Below, piece after piece: positions 37,745 to 52,045 of a stretch of DNA of 64,000 bases; positions within the stretch are counted from its first letter, which is position 1, and every line of letters starts with the position of its first letter. This DNA is from Octopus sinensis (lineage: Eukaryota), in assembly GCF_006345805.1 (NCBI RefSeq), contig NC_043000.1:79422001-79486000 (forward strand), in the 5' to 3' direction. The notes under the pieces were generated by a model. That model was not told the origin of the DNA. It worked only from the letters and a program-made list of their open reading frames with translations, and searched no databases. A program made the position numbers and the translations under genes.

Positions 37745-38055
37745 CATACATACATTTATATATGCACATATATACATGTGCATACATTTATATATACACA
37801 TATATAAATATACATATATACATACACATAAATATAAACATATATATATATACACATATACATACACACATATATCATCTAGACCACTTTGACTAACCAG
37901 TCCGTCAGGCGTCCATTTGACACTGCTGGTCACAGCACGCTGTCCACTCCTCTCTGGATCGCAACTTACTCATCCATGTGGTCCCAATCGCCTTCCTAAA
38001 ATCCTAACTCCACCATCGTGGAGGCCTACTGAGTGGTCATTTCTGCTTGCGTGGA

Positions 38056-38119
<64 letters not shown>

Positions 38120-38446
38120 GCACATATATATATATAATATATATATATATATACACATATATAAATATACATATATACATATATATATATATATTATATA
38201 TATATATATACATACATATATACATATATGTATGTATATATGTAAACCACTGGAAAATACGAAAACTAAAAGAAACAGCACATATGCTAGGCCCCAACAA
38301 CCTCCTAAGCAGACAGAGTGCAGATATGAACAGCATATGGGAACCGGTATTAAAGAAGGATAGGAGAATGTTAGATTTATAAGCCCTAAAATTCACTCCA
38401 TAATTGCCCACAGGCATATAGCATAGTGGTTAAGAGCGCAGGCTAC

Positions 38447-38589
38447 TAAATCGACCCCAGGACTTATTCTTTGTAAGCCTAGTACTTATTCTATTGGTCT
38501 CTTTTGCTGAACCGCTAAGTTTCGGGGCCGTAAACACACCACCATTGGTTGTCAAGCAAAGTTGGGGGGACAAACAGACACACAAACAT

Positions 38590-38647
<58 letters not shown>

Positions 38648-38800
38648 GGCTTCTTTCAGTTTCCGTCTACCAAATCCACTCACAAGGCTTTGGTTGGCCC
38701 GAGGCTATAGTAGAAGACACTAGCCCAAGGTGCCACACAGTGGGAATGAGGCCAGAACCATGTGGTTGGTAAGCAAGCTACTAACCACACAGCCACTCCT
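38447..38800 (-). mobile_element. tRNA-derived SINE, preceded by a truncated tRNA-like head at 38415-38446
   Basis: Family body and head on the minus strand; TAGCATAGTGGTTAAGAGC A-box on +. Confidence 0.85.
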
Positions 38801-38954
38801 GCACCCTATACATATATATATATATATTATATATATATATACACATACTGGAGACCCCCTTCGGTCACGAATGACCACGGGATTGCACTTTACATATATA
38901 CGTACGTATATATACATACATACATACATAGACACACACACATATAGATAAAGA

Positions 38955-39245
38955 AAGATCCCAGGCCGACCAATGCCTTGTGAGTGGATTCGGTAGACGG
39001 AAACTGAAAGAAGCCTGTCGTATATATGTATATATATATATGTGTGTGTGTGTTTGTCCCCCCTAGCATTGCTTGTCAACCGATGCTGATGTGTTTACGT
39101 CCCCGTCACTTAAACGGTTCGGCAAAAGAGACTGATAGAATAAGTACTGGGCTTACAAAGAATAAGTCCCGGGGTCGTTTTGCTTGACTAAAGGCGGTGC
39201 TCCAGCATGGCTGCAGTCAAATGACTGAAACAAGTAAAAGAGTAA
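38955..39245 (+). mobile_element. tRNA-derived SINE, 5'-truncated
   Basis: GGCCGACC...GCCTTGTGAGTGGATT...GGCGGTGCTCCAGCATGGCTGCAGTCAAATGACTGAAACAAGTAAAAG. Confidence 0.87.
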
Positions 39246-40976
39246 ACTACTGTGAAACCTGACACGGTTGGCGCGACGAGGGCTTGTTTGACCCCACACA
39301 TGAAAGGTCTTGGCTCAAGATCTGTGTCTCTGAACTAATTACTATAAAATATACAGACACAAATTCCCAGCTGTGTTGTGGGCATTGTGAATTAGAGGAA
39401 ATCATCTGGATGATCTATACAAGTTAGACAGCTTAACAGGAAGCAAAGTCATAATTCATATAATATACATTGATATTATAAAATAATATAATAAGATAAC
39501 TAATATATATAAGAATTAGAGGAGCGAAACAAGCATAAAATACTAATTTCTGATCAGGATCACTAATTGATTTGAAGTGCCTTGTAAAAGTGAGAATTTG
39601 ATCGAACGGAAGGTAAAAACCAACTCCTCATCTCTATCACTCTCCCTACTCTCTGATGTACATGGATAAACCTTCTAATACAAAAAAGAAAACAAAGTCA
39701 TATAAAGTAGTCCTAGGACAATATCTTATAAAAAGGAAAAGAAAGAAAAAGATAAGCTAAATAAAAAAAAGAACAAAAAACACAAGATTACACAAGTCTG
39801 TAGCAACCACATGTGAAAAGATACCATAGTGAGGTTGCCTTTGCAGGAATAGGAACCAGATGTATTATGATAAATCACTTAAAATGTGGATGCTATGTAA
39901 AATAGAAAGAAAGAATTCACTGTCTGGCTTTGGGATAACACACACACTATCTCTCTCTCCCTCAACCATCACTCTCTCTTTCTCCTTAACCTTTAGCATT
40001 GAGGCGACTGTCAAATGCAATGCTTTTGAAAGTAGTCATGAAAGTAAAGAATCTTCATAAAATTAAATAATAAAAGTTGCTGGATCAACATTGTAATATT
40101 ACAGCACTGACTGAATGCAAAGTGGAAATCTGATGTTTCAGACAGAGCCCTTATTCAGTAATGTCCTTTTTCTGATGACAGGTTCTGCTTGAAGCATCAC
40201 ATCTTTCATCCTCTAAACTGTAAACTAAGCTATTCTCCTATTTTGTGAACTCTGTACTTAATATTTGCCAAATGCAGATCATTAATTTCCATGGAATTTA
40301 TTGCATCAAGTACTCCAATGATATAAAAAGCAGTGGACAAAGTATCACAAGTTACGAGTACAGCATAGTTCAAGTAGAGATGGAGCAAAAAAAGATTTTG
40401 GAAAGTTAGGTTCAGCAGGTGGCCATAACATACTAGAAACATTTAATAATCTACAAATGTTCCTATCCCATGCTTGCATGGAAAGGAAGATATTTTATAA
40501 AGTGAAGATGGTAGTGGTAGTGATGATTTCAAATATTTCAATCAAAAATTTTGCAAACATTATATATTTCTTTGAAAAAAATACAAATTATCTATAAAAT
40601 AAGTATGAAACACAAATATTTGTTATTGTTATAAATGAGAGACTAACACAATAGTTTCAGAAAAAAATATCTAATTTATTTTTCTCAAAATTTAGAATAT
40701 TACAACCAACACCCTAATAATCTAAGTTATGAAAATATTAAGTTTATTATCTTTGATAAGAAAAGAAGTTAAATACAATCTTGCAAACTATCAAAACAAT
40801 TTCAGTTATTTGACTGGAGAAAATAGGAAGACAATATGACTAAATCCATCACATGCATACATATGAATGGAGAGATTTCAAATTTAAATATAGAATTTGT
40901 GTATTTTAAACATTAGAAGGCCTATGATCAAACACATTCCAGTTGACAATCCTTCCCCACCAACCCCTAAGTCATA

Positions 40977-42261
40977 CGAGGGACGTTCAATAAGTAATGC
41001 CTCTGACCCACTTGCAGTTGTTTGATCTAGCTGAAATTTTGCATGTGCAATCATTTATATCTCTATAAAGTAAGTGGCAAATTACAGCTCTGAATTAATT
41101 GTGGTTTCTGATTTACAGGTATTTGAACCGAGTCAAGTGTGAAATGGAGCCTGTTGAGTGTCGAGCAGTGATCCGGTTTTTGTAGGACGCACACCATGGG
41201 AGACTTTTGATGAAATGAAAGTAACTTATGGTGATGATGCCCCATCATATGACCTTGTAAAACACTGGCATCGTGAATTCAAACATGGTCGGAACTCTGT
41301 GGAAACAGCTCCTAGATCTGGTCGCCCCTTCTGCCATTGATGAGGCATCTGTCCGTCAAGTTGAGGATGCCATTTTGGAAGATCGACGCATAATTATTCG
41401 CCAAATAGCCCATGAGGTCAAGATTAGTACCGGGTCTGTGGAAACTATCATTCATGACCATTTGCATATGCAAAAGGTGTCTGCCAGATGGATTCCCAGG
41501 TTGCTCACGCCTTTCCAGAAGCAAGAACGCATCGAGTGCTCGAGGGTGAATTTGGAGATGTGCCAAGAAGATGAGACAAAATTTTTCAAAAGACTGATTA
41601 CACAGGATGAAACCTGGGTCCATCACGATGATCCAGAGACCAAAGCCCAGTCAATGCAGTGGAAGCACCGTGACTCACCCCCTCCAAAGAAGGCAAGGGT
41701 GCAGCCCTCCGCTGGCAAGGTCATGCTCACAGTCTTCTGGGACCAGGACGGAGTAGTGATGACAGATTTCCTGGCAAAGGGTACCACAATTGCAGGAGCT
41801 TCACAAATGCTTCACTTTTGAAGAAATTAAGAGAAGTTATCAAAATCAAGAGGCGGGGCAAGATCAACAAAGGCATCCTCCTCCTGCAGGACAACACTCC
41901 GGTCCACAACTCGCTTGTCGCCAGATCAGAAGCACAGGCGTATGGCTATGAACTCTTCCCCCATCCCCCTACTTTCCTGACCTTGCACCCTCTGATTTTC
42001 ACCTCTTCCCAGTCATGAAGTTCTTTTTGAAAGGAAAGCGTTTCCCAGATGATGCAGCCTTGATTTCTGAAGTCACGTTCAGGTTGGAGGACCAAGCTGG
42101 GGTCTTCTACAAAAACGGTCTCCAGAGCTGCATCAAACAATGAGAGAAATGCGTAACTCTGGGTGGTTCCTATGTAGAAAAAGACTAATAACTGTGCCAA
42201 GTTTCGTTGCTCTACTGCTATGGGAAGTGGGTCAGGGGCATTACTTATTGAACGCCCCTCG
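40977..42261 (+). mobile_element. Full-length mariner (DD34D), frameshifted transposase
   Basis: TA TSDs (40975-76, 42262-63); TIRs CGAGGGACGTTCAATAAGTAATGCC / GGCATTACTTATTGAACGCCCCTCG; RSGRP, ARWIPRLL, ITQDETWVHH, LLQDNTPVH, DLAPSDFHLFP. Confidence 0.96.
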
Positions 42262-42357
42262 TACATAAGGATAAAATTATCTACTGAATGCTTTCTTTAG
42301 TGTGTGACTTGAAAGATTTTGGTCGCTATTTCCAGTGGATTAAAAGATCATACAGAA

Positions 42358-42586
42358 CTGGTTCTCAATCATTTTTTTCTAATGGACACCTTTGATTTCT
42401 GTTTTCCTCAGGTGGACGCTCATAGCCATTCAATGTTTAAAAATCCTACTATATTTTTATGATTACATATTATTTGGAATTGTATGAAAAAAAGTTTTAA
42501 TATTTTGTCTATTGTAGAAGAACAAGGAATTTATTGCTTAACAAATTTTAACAAAATCTTATATGAACCCCTGTTGAGAACCACTG
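42358..42586. mobile_element. hAT (Charlie-like) MITE
   Basis: TIR C(AG)TGGTTCTCAA / TTGAGAACCACTG; 8-bp TSD ATACAGAA / ATATAGAA. Confidence 0.75.
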
Positions 42587-43181
42587 ATATAGAAGATTCA
42601 TTGTCACTTTGAGAAGGAACTAATCCCAAGAAATTGGGGATAGGGATAATTAATTGCATGAGAGTAATTATTGGCTTTGTATTTTGAAAGTTAATGAGAG
42701 AGAAAGTTAATGAGAGAAAATAGAGAGAAGGATGTAAGACTGTGAATAATGAACTGGATATAAGGTGTTTAGTAAAAGTTCTCTGAACATGAGACACCAT
42801 AGAAAGGACTGACACCTAACCCCACATTAAGAAATTCATAGGGGCAGTGACCAATGTAACAGAGATAGAGGAATCAAAAAGTCATCCTGTAGGAGTGGTA
42901 GAATGAGTGATTGGAGGAGGATGTAGAAATGGTTGCTATTAATGAAATAGTGGATATATGATAGGAGCTAGCTAGGATGTTAGCAGTAGACAAGATGTTG
43001 GATATAAGGAAGAGGAATAGGGAGTGGTATCAGTAGCAGAGAAGTGGGTGGATAAAAAAAAAAACTGTTCCAAAATTCATTGTATGTCATGTTATATTGC
43101 ATTATAGAAATGAATGAAGAAAGAACATAAATAATATACAACACACATACTTGCCTATATAAAATAGAAAATGTGTGTGTG

Positions 43182-43249
<68 letters not shown>

Positions 43250-45419
43250 TAATCCAAACGGGAAAACAGAAAAAACAACAACACATGGAACAATTACAGT
43301 ATTATTATTATTATTAGGCGCTCAGGAAAATGAATGCATATGTGTCTCTCTACATGTATAAATAATGATAGGTGGCAGTTTTAAGGAAGTGGAGAAGCTC
43401 TTATCTTCACTGTATTGAAACAAGGCTACATCAATGGTGTTAAAAGAATAAATTGTCCCCTACACACCCTGTTTGTCACCACCATCTTGATAAAAAGAAA
43501 AAAAATGAAAGCACACACACACAAATTAAAAAGAAGCCCTTTAGATTTGATTTTGAACATTACATTTGATTACTTAGGTATCATTTTAAATAATTTTCAT
43601 CCTTTTTCAGGGATATATAATTATCTTGATACTAGCTCTTACACTGGAAAGGGTATAAACAGGAAATGAAGATTTGGGTGTGAAATAGGAGATATTTCAG
43701 AAATTACTACAACTAGGTATTCACTTGAGTATCTCAATTTCCTACATATAGAATATTCCAATTTAGAAATCTTGGCAACAGGGGTTTTAAAAACTGATCC
43801 CTGGCACTTCCATCAATTCATAAACATTAGTGAGGTTAGAAACTGTTGACTGAGGTGGGTAGGGTACATTGGTTTTGTTAGAATTCATTACAGGAAAGAG
43901 ATTATGAAAAAGTATACATTTAAGATGTAAAAATAGAGGTAGGGAATGGAATGGAAAGAGAGAGAAAGAGGAAGGAGCGAGAAAGAGAAGGAGGGAGAGA
44001 GAAATCATCAATATTTTGTCCTGTGTTATCTCCTTTGTGAAATTTAAGATATATCAAAATATTGATTTCTAACATTGGCCAATGGTCACACATTTTAGTG
44101 AGGAATATTAGTTTATCAAATTATCAACCCATTTAATGTCTTATCAATCCCAGAAGATTGTAAGGCCAAGTCAACTTCAGCAGGATTTACACTGAGAATG
44201 TATAAAGGAGTGTAGCTACATACCATAATGAATTAAATTGGGCGCTCTCCCATTATTGCCATTCACCACTCTGTTTAGTGAAAACATTATCAGAAATATC
44301 TCTAAAAATATAGAATTCTACGTTAACTGCATTCTTGCTTGGAAAATGATCTGAATATTTTTCATTTTTATAAACCTTTTACATACTAGTTCAGTCCTAT
44401 AATACAAAACAGCATGCTTTAAAAGTGTTTATATTTAACTTAAAATTCCTTCATTATAAGCTATGTAAGAGGTTACTATTAAATGATATTACCAAAAACC
44501 AATGATGAATCAACAAGAGAGTATCTTCATGGTCACCTGACTCACTAGAAATAGGAACTAAATCTCCATCAAATTACACAACAACATCCTGAAAAGGAGG
44601 GACACTGGATAATGTACCCTTAGAAATGCAATGATTGAGATAAGAACAACAAGGCCAGAGCAAAGCTTATTTAGGGCTGACAAAATATTGACCAATGATG
44701 TTAACCAATAAATGAAAAAGTTATTTTACTAAATTTCTCCAAATTCTTAATTAGTTTTTAGAACTAATTGAAACACTTATAGTGTTTTTCAACACTTACC
44801 TTAAAAATATTACACACAATCTGAATGAGATGCCTGTTTGTCACAAGGTTAACTCCTAGGTGCTGCCAGTTTTCATTTTTAGTAGGATGGACTGGAGTAA
44901 GATAAAATGAATTGCCTTGCTCAAGAATGCAACAGGCTGCCTAGTCCAAGAATCAAATTGATGACCTAAACAACTGTGTGCTTAACCAATAAACCACACA
45001 ACTTCACATAGTTAGAAAAGGGTTAAATATTTAGTTTATGTCCACTTACTTTTGATTCTCACTTAATTCTATTGAAAACTGTCACTTTTTTCTTTTTCTA
45101 CCACTTGAAAGTATACAACAGAGTTTACACTTGACTGAATTGCTAGCTGTGCAGGAATACAGTGAGAGAAGTCTAAGTCTATTTGAACAACACCAGATCA
45201 ATATCAGATGATTGAACAAAATCTGGTTTCACCAGAAAGCTGCAGTCATAATTAGTGAGGTGGAACAAAAGCACTTTTACAAAACAATTGATGTCAATGC
45301 CTGAATTTTAACTTCAAAAATTTTGGCCTCTAGGTAATTATAGCAATGTCTAGGCATTGTTCACCCAAATTAGCTGGACTAAAATCAAATATTATTATTA
45401 TTATAATTATTATTATTTA

Positions 45420-46205
45420 GTAATTTTATTTTTCATTACATGCTTTCACTACACAACCAAGCACAGCTCTGAAGGCCTTGAGAGTGTGCAGTGTTTTGTT
45501 TCAGTTTTTTACATGTTATTTTGTGTTAACACTTTCTATACTATAATCTATGTGCAGAAGCTGATAATGTTCTTTTTTTGATGATTATATTTGTAAGTTT
45601 TGTGGTTTGGCCATGTGTTTGTACGTTTTTAATCATTCCCAAGGCATCCACTATTATAGGGATTGATCTGTCTTCCTACATTTAGGCTATTTTATTCCCA
45701 GTCTATATCAGGATAATTTCTTCATTTTACTGAGAGATATATTAAGTCTGCTGAAACTGATATGTCATTTATGAGGTACTTTCTTTTCTAATAGTAGATT
45801 AGCATTGATCTCCCTAACTGTGTAGATCAGAATGATCATTCTCAGCGACCCTTTTGCATGTGTTTATACCATCTCCTTATTGTATTTCATAATGACTCAA
45901 GATGTATTCTCTTTTAACTGAAACTGAGCAACCAGACACAATGTGGATAATCCTGCAGATACTTAATATATTCCTCTTTATTATATGTTTTTGGTGATTT
46001 CTAGTGGGAAGGCTTTGATTCTGTGCCACAGTCAAGACTTCTTTAGTCTCAACTTTCAGTTCTGTATTTCTCAGCCTGTGATTTTTCTTTGTCTTATTTG
46101 CACTTTACTCAGTTTAGTCAAGGTATTGATTACGTAGGGGCTATTCTTGCATTTGTTTTAGAATGGCATTCTGTAGTCCTACTTTTAGCCTAGTTTAGTA
46201 CAATA
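45420..46205 (-). mobile_element. R4/Dong-clade LINE 3' fragment (REL domain) ending in (TAA)n
   Basis: Degenerate ETKEVLTVAQNQSLPTRN, IIHIVSGC, HT(D)REINAN, SASAHRL at the C-terminal end, spread over several frames; (ATT)n at 45390-45417. Confidence 0.65.
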
Positions 46206-46261
46206 GTGATTCTTCTTCTTCTTCTTCATTATTATTATTATTATATTATTATTATTATTAC

Positions 46262-46293
<32 letters not shown>

Positions 46294-46294
<1 letters not shown>

Positions 46295-48910
46295 GTTTGC
46301 CGTACTGTAAAGTCATGGAAATTTGAAATAGTGTTTGTAATCTTTATGGCATTCTAAGGTCCTGTGTTTTCATTTTATTGGTACCATTGTCTTTCTAAGA
46401 CTGTCTGGACTGCATTGATAATATTTTTGTTTAGAAACAACCCCTGTTTTGCAGTGGGTATGCATTAATATTTTTTTAATCTTAACAACCTGCGGAAAAG
46501 CTAATAGTTTGCTATTTTCGTAATTCATTTAAATAAATGATAAAGAAGCCATCATAATGCTCAACAACGGGAGACATTTCTTGTCAGAGAAGAATGAGAA
46601 CAAAGACGTAGCATGACCTACCGCAGCATAGGAGTTAAATCATGCCAGGTAGAAAATGCTCCTGAGAGCGAAATACAAAAATGCCTAGGGTACGTGTGGG
46701 AACAGACAACTCACATCACCTGAGGAAAGAAGACTCCTACACCTACTCCTAAACCAAGACAAAGAAGGAGTCTACCCCCAGTTGCCATGGAAAAGCAAGC
46801 TTCTCCAGAACACTCTACCTCCCAAACCAACATCAACTGCAGTTTGGATCAGAAGAAGAAGCCAGGTAGCATTCCACGACCACTTTGAGGAATGAAAACT
46901 TAATCCCCTGCTAATGCAGCCAATGCCTTGCTAAGGTTAGGGTGTTGAACATTCTGCCAGAAATATCCATCATCTGGTCAGTGGTGGCTATCATGGCAGG
47001 TTTAGAAGAAGATGAAGTGACAATATTGGAGATCAAGAAAATACCTAAGCAAAACTGGTCAGGAATAGGCATGGAACTGACCTTACAATGTAAGCAAGAC
47101 CATATCAAACAGCTGCCTGATTTAATTGATCTCCTGGATGGTATTCACCTGTCAGTGTCAGTGGAGGGTCAAAGATGCCACATATGTGGATCAGTGACTC
47201 ACTTAAAGGCTTTCTGGCCTAAAACAAGAAAAACTAAACTCACACTACAGCCAACACCACAAACACCACAAATACAAAATCATGAAGAAGGGCTCAAGAC
47301 TCCTACACCTACATCCACTCCCAAACAAAGACAAAGAAGGAGTCTACCCCCAGTTGCCATGGAAAAGCAAGCTTCTCCTGAACGCTCTACCTCCCAAACC
47401 AACATCAACTACAATGACATGAAGAAAGAAGAGCTGAATGAACAATGAGTGACAAAAGTGGGCAGGAGAAAGGAGGAGGAGAATGCATAGCCCTACTCCA
47501 AGAACTCAACAAAAAAATATACAAAAACCACAACTGCAACACAATTCACAACCCAAACAACGAAAACTTGAAAAACAGCAACATCATCAACAACGGCATG
47601 AAATCACAGAAACTCAGAAACAACCAATTACAAAACTTCAAAAACAAGAATATTCATGAAACTATAGACGTAATGTATCCATCAATTTCACTGTTGTGAA
47701 CAAGTGCAACTTTGAATTGATGGATTTTTTAAAGTCAAAGCAAAAACAAAATAGAGACAGAGGGAAAGTAATTTGAAGATTTCATCCTCAAAACCTCAAG
47801 GGACAGACTATTAATTAAAATGTCATCAGACACTTATAAAACAATAAGAGAAAAATTCCAATGTAGTGTGGGGATTTAAAAAAAATCAGTTGATAATAGA
47901 GAAGCCTGGAACTTCTGGGCTTCTCAAAAATCAAGGCAAGTGACTTACTCATTTTCTTTCTCCAACTAGCATGACTGTGCTGAGAATGGGGTGTGTGAAT
48001 GTGCATGACTTGGAATCAGTTTGGAAGCAAGGTCACTTGCTCAATGATCTCAAGTCACTTGATTTAGATGTGACTGCCATTAGTGAAACAAGGATCTCTG
48101 GAAAATATGCTCTATCATCCATTTTCAAGGACTACAAGGTATCCACATCCTGTGGAACTGTGACTTGGCACCTGGAGACACAGATCGATGCCGCTGGACA
48201 ACAGTGTCAGAAGCTGGGCTGACAGACCAGTTAAACTGCTTAGGGTATGGTTTGGTCCCAACCTCCAGGATGAGGCTATGAACAGGGTTGCCTGTCTTAC
48301 CTAGAAATGGGCAGAGATGTTGTCCCTGAATAGTTGTGCTGAGGTGGAGAATGCCTACATTGCTTCTGTCATTATTTATCATCTGATCGTTGTGCCTTGC
48401 CCCAGCTACTGTTTGATTAGGTTGGAGCATATCCTGATTATTTTCTTGTGGAAGGGACATGTTCTAATGGTCAGGTAGTCATTCTGCTGCCAACTCCCTC
48501 TGCATGGTGGCTTAGGCATGCCATGGCTTTTGATGCACAGACATGCATTCAGGTTGCACCACCTGCAACAATTTCTAGAAGGTGAACGTGTATAGGCTCC
48601 AAATGTGAGACACGCCTTTCCACAACTCATCTCTTTGGATAAGTAATGGATAGACCGAGACTGGGCGCCGGGAACATAGGATGTCATCAGGAACTCACTG
48701 TTTTTTTACAAATTGGACAACAGGATCAGTGGATGTTCCACTTTAGCTATATACAGAGGATTAGTAGTGGGGTAAGTGTGATGACATCCTTGGGGAAACC
48801 CTAGGCATCAACGAAGACAAACTGGTAAGTCTATTTCCGGTTGGGGACTACTACAGATAATTTCCAAATGTCTTTGGCGTGGCAGTGCTACCAGCTCAAG
48901 ATAAACTCTA
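46294..48910 (+). mobile_element. L1/Tx1-clade LINE with intact 5' end and internal deletions
   Basis: ORF1 RCHICGSVTH (46942-47448); APE start MTVLRMGCVNVH...TAISETR (47971); post-RT segment homologous to 58080-58900; 5'UTR homologous to 27230-27400 (minus). Confidence 0.82.
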
Positions 48911-49024
48911 AAGGTTCATTTCCCCTGCATCTCCAGCCACCACAGTATCAGGGTTCACTGTTCCTCATCCTTAACAGTCCCATCACCATTTCCCTGTTTC
49001 TCCTGTCTACTCTTCTCTCTGTTT

Positions 49025-50030
49025 TCAACTCTGACCATCCTTTGTAGCCCAACCGCAGGGTCTCAGACTCTCACTAATCCAAGATATTTCTACTCCAGTT
49101 AAGTAACCCTTTCTCCTTATCATTCTCACTTGGTTCATTAGGTTATTTTCTGACATTGGACACATGTCCTTTTCCATCCAAAATTTTAAGGTACGTTGGT
49201 CTACTCCGCAACTTCTTTCCAGCTTTGCTCTTTCATGACATTCAATAAGTGTATCGTACTCTTCCTTTGTCCACTTATGTCTGTTTTTGCACACACTGTA
49301 TGTGACATACTGACCATCTGAGGCCAGGTCACTGCCCCTGATGTGGGTGGTTTCGGATGTATTGGGCGGAAAAGTTTCACCAAGATCGACTATAGCTCCA
49401 TTCTCGTCACTTTCATTGTTGTGTTGTGACATGATTTCATGAATCGTTTGTGGGGTTCCCACGAGAGTTGTTATTGAGATCTCACCTCTCTCTTCCTCTC
49501 TTTATTTGTATATACATGTGCACATGTATGTACATACACATATATATATAAAAATAACGTGCTTTCATTGAGTCACCTCCATAACCACAGTGATTATTAT
49601 CACCATTGTCTAACCTATAGCATTTAAAAATATCAATAATAATATGGGACCTGTTATAGTGCAGCAGATCTTCATCACTATTTATCAAATACTCAGCAAG
49701 CGTTCTCCTTTCACTCCTTATACGATGGTCTATACTAATTAGTCCTCTGCCACCATTCTCTTTTTTCATATACAGTCTGTTTACGTTGGCAGTTAACACT
49801 TAATACTATCTTTTGCGCTCCTTGCATGAGTGGTAATCCAGGGATCATTCCCAACTAATTTTTAGTTCCTTTACTAGTCATTTCAAGGTAACTTTTCTGC
49901 CAATTAACATCTCTTGTTGTATGCTATTTTTGTTTTTGTATCTTAAGCACCTCGAGCTCATAGATAGAAATTAGCCTTTATTTGTTTTTGAAATTTTGTT
50001 TCCAAGAATATCTGGGTTTTTTTCTCTATT
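49025..50030 (-). mobile_element. R4/Dong-clade LINE fragments (N-terminal region and post-RT region)
   Basis: RHKWTKEEYDTLIECH...ENNLMNQVRMIRRKGYLT (R4-type N-terminus) and ANVNRLYMKKENGGRGLISI. Confidence 0.72.
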
Positions 50031-50791
50031 TAAAATGAGATGCGTTACATTTTATATTTATTGTTATTATTATGTCTCATAATTTGTTTAAACACTGTAT
50101 GCTCTACATTTTCTTGTTCATGTACGAGATGTATGGGTGTATGTTTGAATTATAAAAACATTACATTTATGTGTATTTGTGTAGAGATGGGATTGCATAT
50201 ACGATTATTATTTGTACTTACAGTGATTTTTTTTGTAGCGACACCGCATTCTCACATATTGCTTCAATTCATGTATAGGCAAGTTGCATCACCGTATGTT
50301 GTTTATATTATCACACATTTGTTTTTCTGTGACAACATGCCAAACAACACCTGTATTTCATATACGAGCGAAATATTTTGGTATCCTGATCTGATTTACA
50401 TTAGGGACCAATTTCCTTTCATATTTTTGCTGCTTCTTAAATCTTGTTTGCCAATGATCACAGATTTAATTCAACTTTGCAAGTAACTTGCTTGTACACG
50501 TCTGTCATGTTTAGCGACTAACAAACATGATGGATGTGTATGAGTGACCTCCTTGCGAAGTTGGATTAAATTATTATTATTATCATTTAGATTATGCTAA
50601 TATAAGAAATTCAAGAAGTGAAGTTGATATTTAGTTCGAACATGTAAAGTTAGTGGCTAAAGCTAAGAATGGATATCTACATGTTAGTGTTCACAGAGGA
50701 GAAAATACAAAACATAAGTGGGGAGAGAACCAAAGGCCTCAGTTATGGTGAAAGACTGAGTTGAGCCATAAAGTGTTGTATCTCCAACATA

Positions 50792-52045
50792 CAGGGGTTG
50801 GACAAAATAACAGAAACACCTTAAGATTTCAAACAAATTTATTTCAATATGGGGTATGACCGTCTTTGGCAATAATTACAGCTTGAATTCTACGAGGTAT
50901 GGACTCATACAAAGTTCGAATTGTTTCCAAAAGAATTTTTGTCCATTCTTCTGCTAAAACAGTCTCCAGTTCTTGTAGTAATGATGGTGGAGAATATCGG
51001 CTCCTTACTTGTTTCTCTAAAATGCACCATAAATATTCAATAATATTGAAATCTGGGGACTGTGGTGGCCAGGTAAGATATTCAACTTCACTAGAATGTT
51101 CCACATGCCATTCAGTAACAAATTTAGCTGTGTCAATTGGTGCATTATCATCTTGAAAGATTGTGTTTCCTTCCGGAAACACTTCCACAACTATAGGATG
51201 AATTTGATCAGATAAAATGGTTAAATAGTCTTGACTATTAATTCTGCCATGAAGGGAAACCATTGGGCCAGCGGATTTCCAAGATAAAGCCCCCACCCCT
51301 AGATCATCAGAAATCCTCCTCCATCTTTAACAGTTGGAAAAAGGCAGTCTGGATCAAATGCTTCTTTTGGCTGTCTCCACATGTATACTTGGCTGGTGGT
51401 TGGAAATAAGGTAAAGAATGACTGGTCTGAAAAAATAACATTCTTCCACTGCTCTAGGGACCAATTCTGTAGGTTTTTACTCCACTCTAAACACTTTGCA
51501 ACATATGTTTTTGAAAGTAGTGGTTTTCTGATTGCAGCCCTCCCGTGAAATCCGGCTTTGTGCAGCTCCTGGCAAACAGTTTTTGTGGAAACTGGGTTCT
51601 CGGGGTGATCATGAAGCTCTGCAGTAATTTTTGAGCTGTACTTTTGCGATCCTTTCTAATAATTCGTGTAAGAGTCTGATGGACCCTATCTGAAAGTTTT
51701 GTTTCAATGAGGAGGTTTTTTTCCCGCTTTCTCAAAAGCTGTCATTACTTTCAAGACAGTACTTCTTGATACACCAAACATTTTGGCTGTTTTCGTTACG
51801 CTAGTACCTGGTATATAAACACTAACAATTTGACCGCTTTGAAAGACTGACAGATCTATGATTTTGATGAATTTTAAGTACCTTTTTCTGATGATATCTG
51901 AAAAGAAACAGTAATTTTAGCAAAACACATTAAGTAACACTAATAATAAACAAAAAAAAACATAAAAATAAACAAGCTTTTGATGGTTTTATAGTTATTT
52001 CAAAATTACAATGCTAGGTGTTTCCATTATTTTGTCCAACCCCTG
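50792..52045 (-). mobile_element. Tc1 transposon with both TIRs, degenerate transposase
   Basis: TA TSDs; TIR CAGGGGTTGGACAAAATAA / TTATTTTGTCCAACCCCTG; IFQDDNAPI...WPPQSPDFNIIEYLW...GHTPY. Confidence 0.95.

Larger units (their letters stand above)
35042..38268. repeat. Tandem duplication of about 1.6 kb
   Basis: Copies 35042-36650 and 36649-38268; ORFs 35255-35587 and 36862-37194 identical at offset 1607. Confidence 0.95.

Noticed and set aside
39840-40445. Several short exon-like or open segments (e.g. LRRLSNAMLLKVVMK; ORF 40230-40442)
   Set aside because: Conflicting strands and phases, no recognisable protein
42600-44040. Possible decayed LINE endonuclease fragments on the minus strand
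   Set aside because: Motifs too eroded to assign
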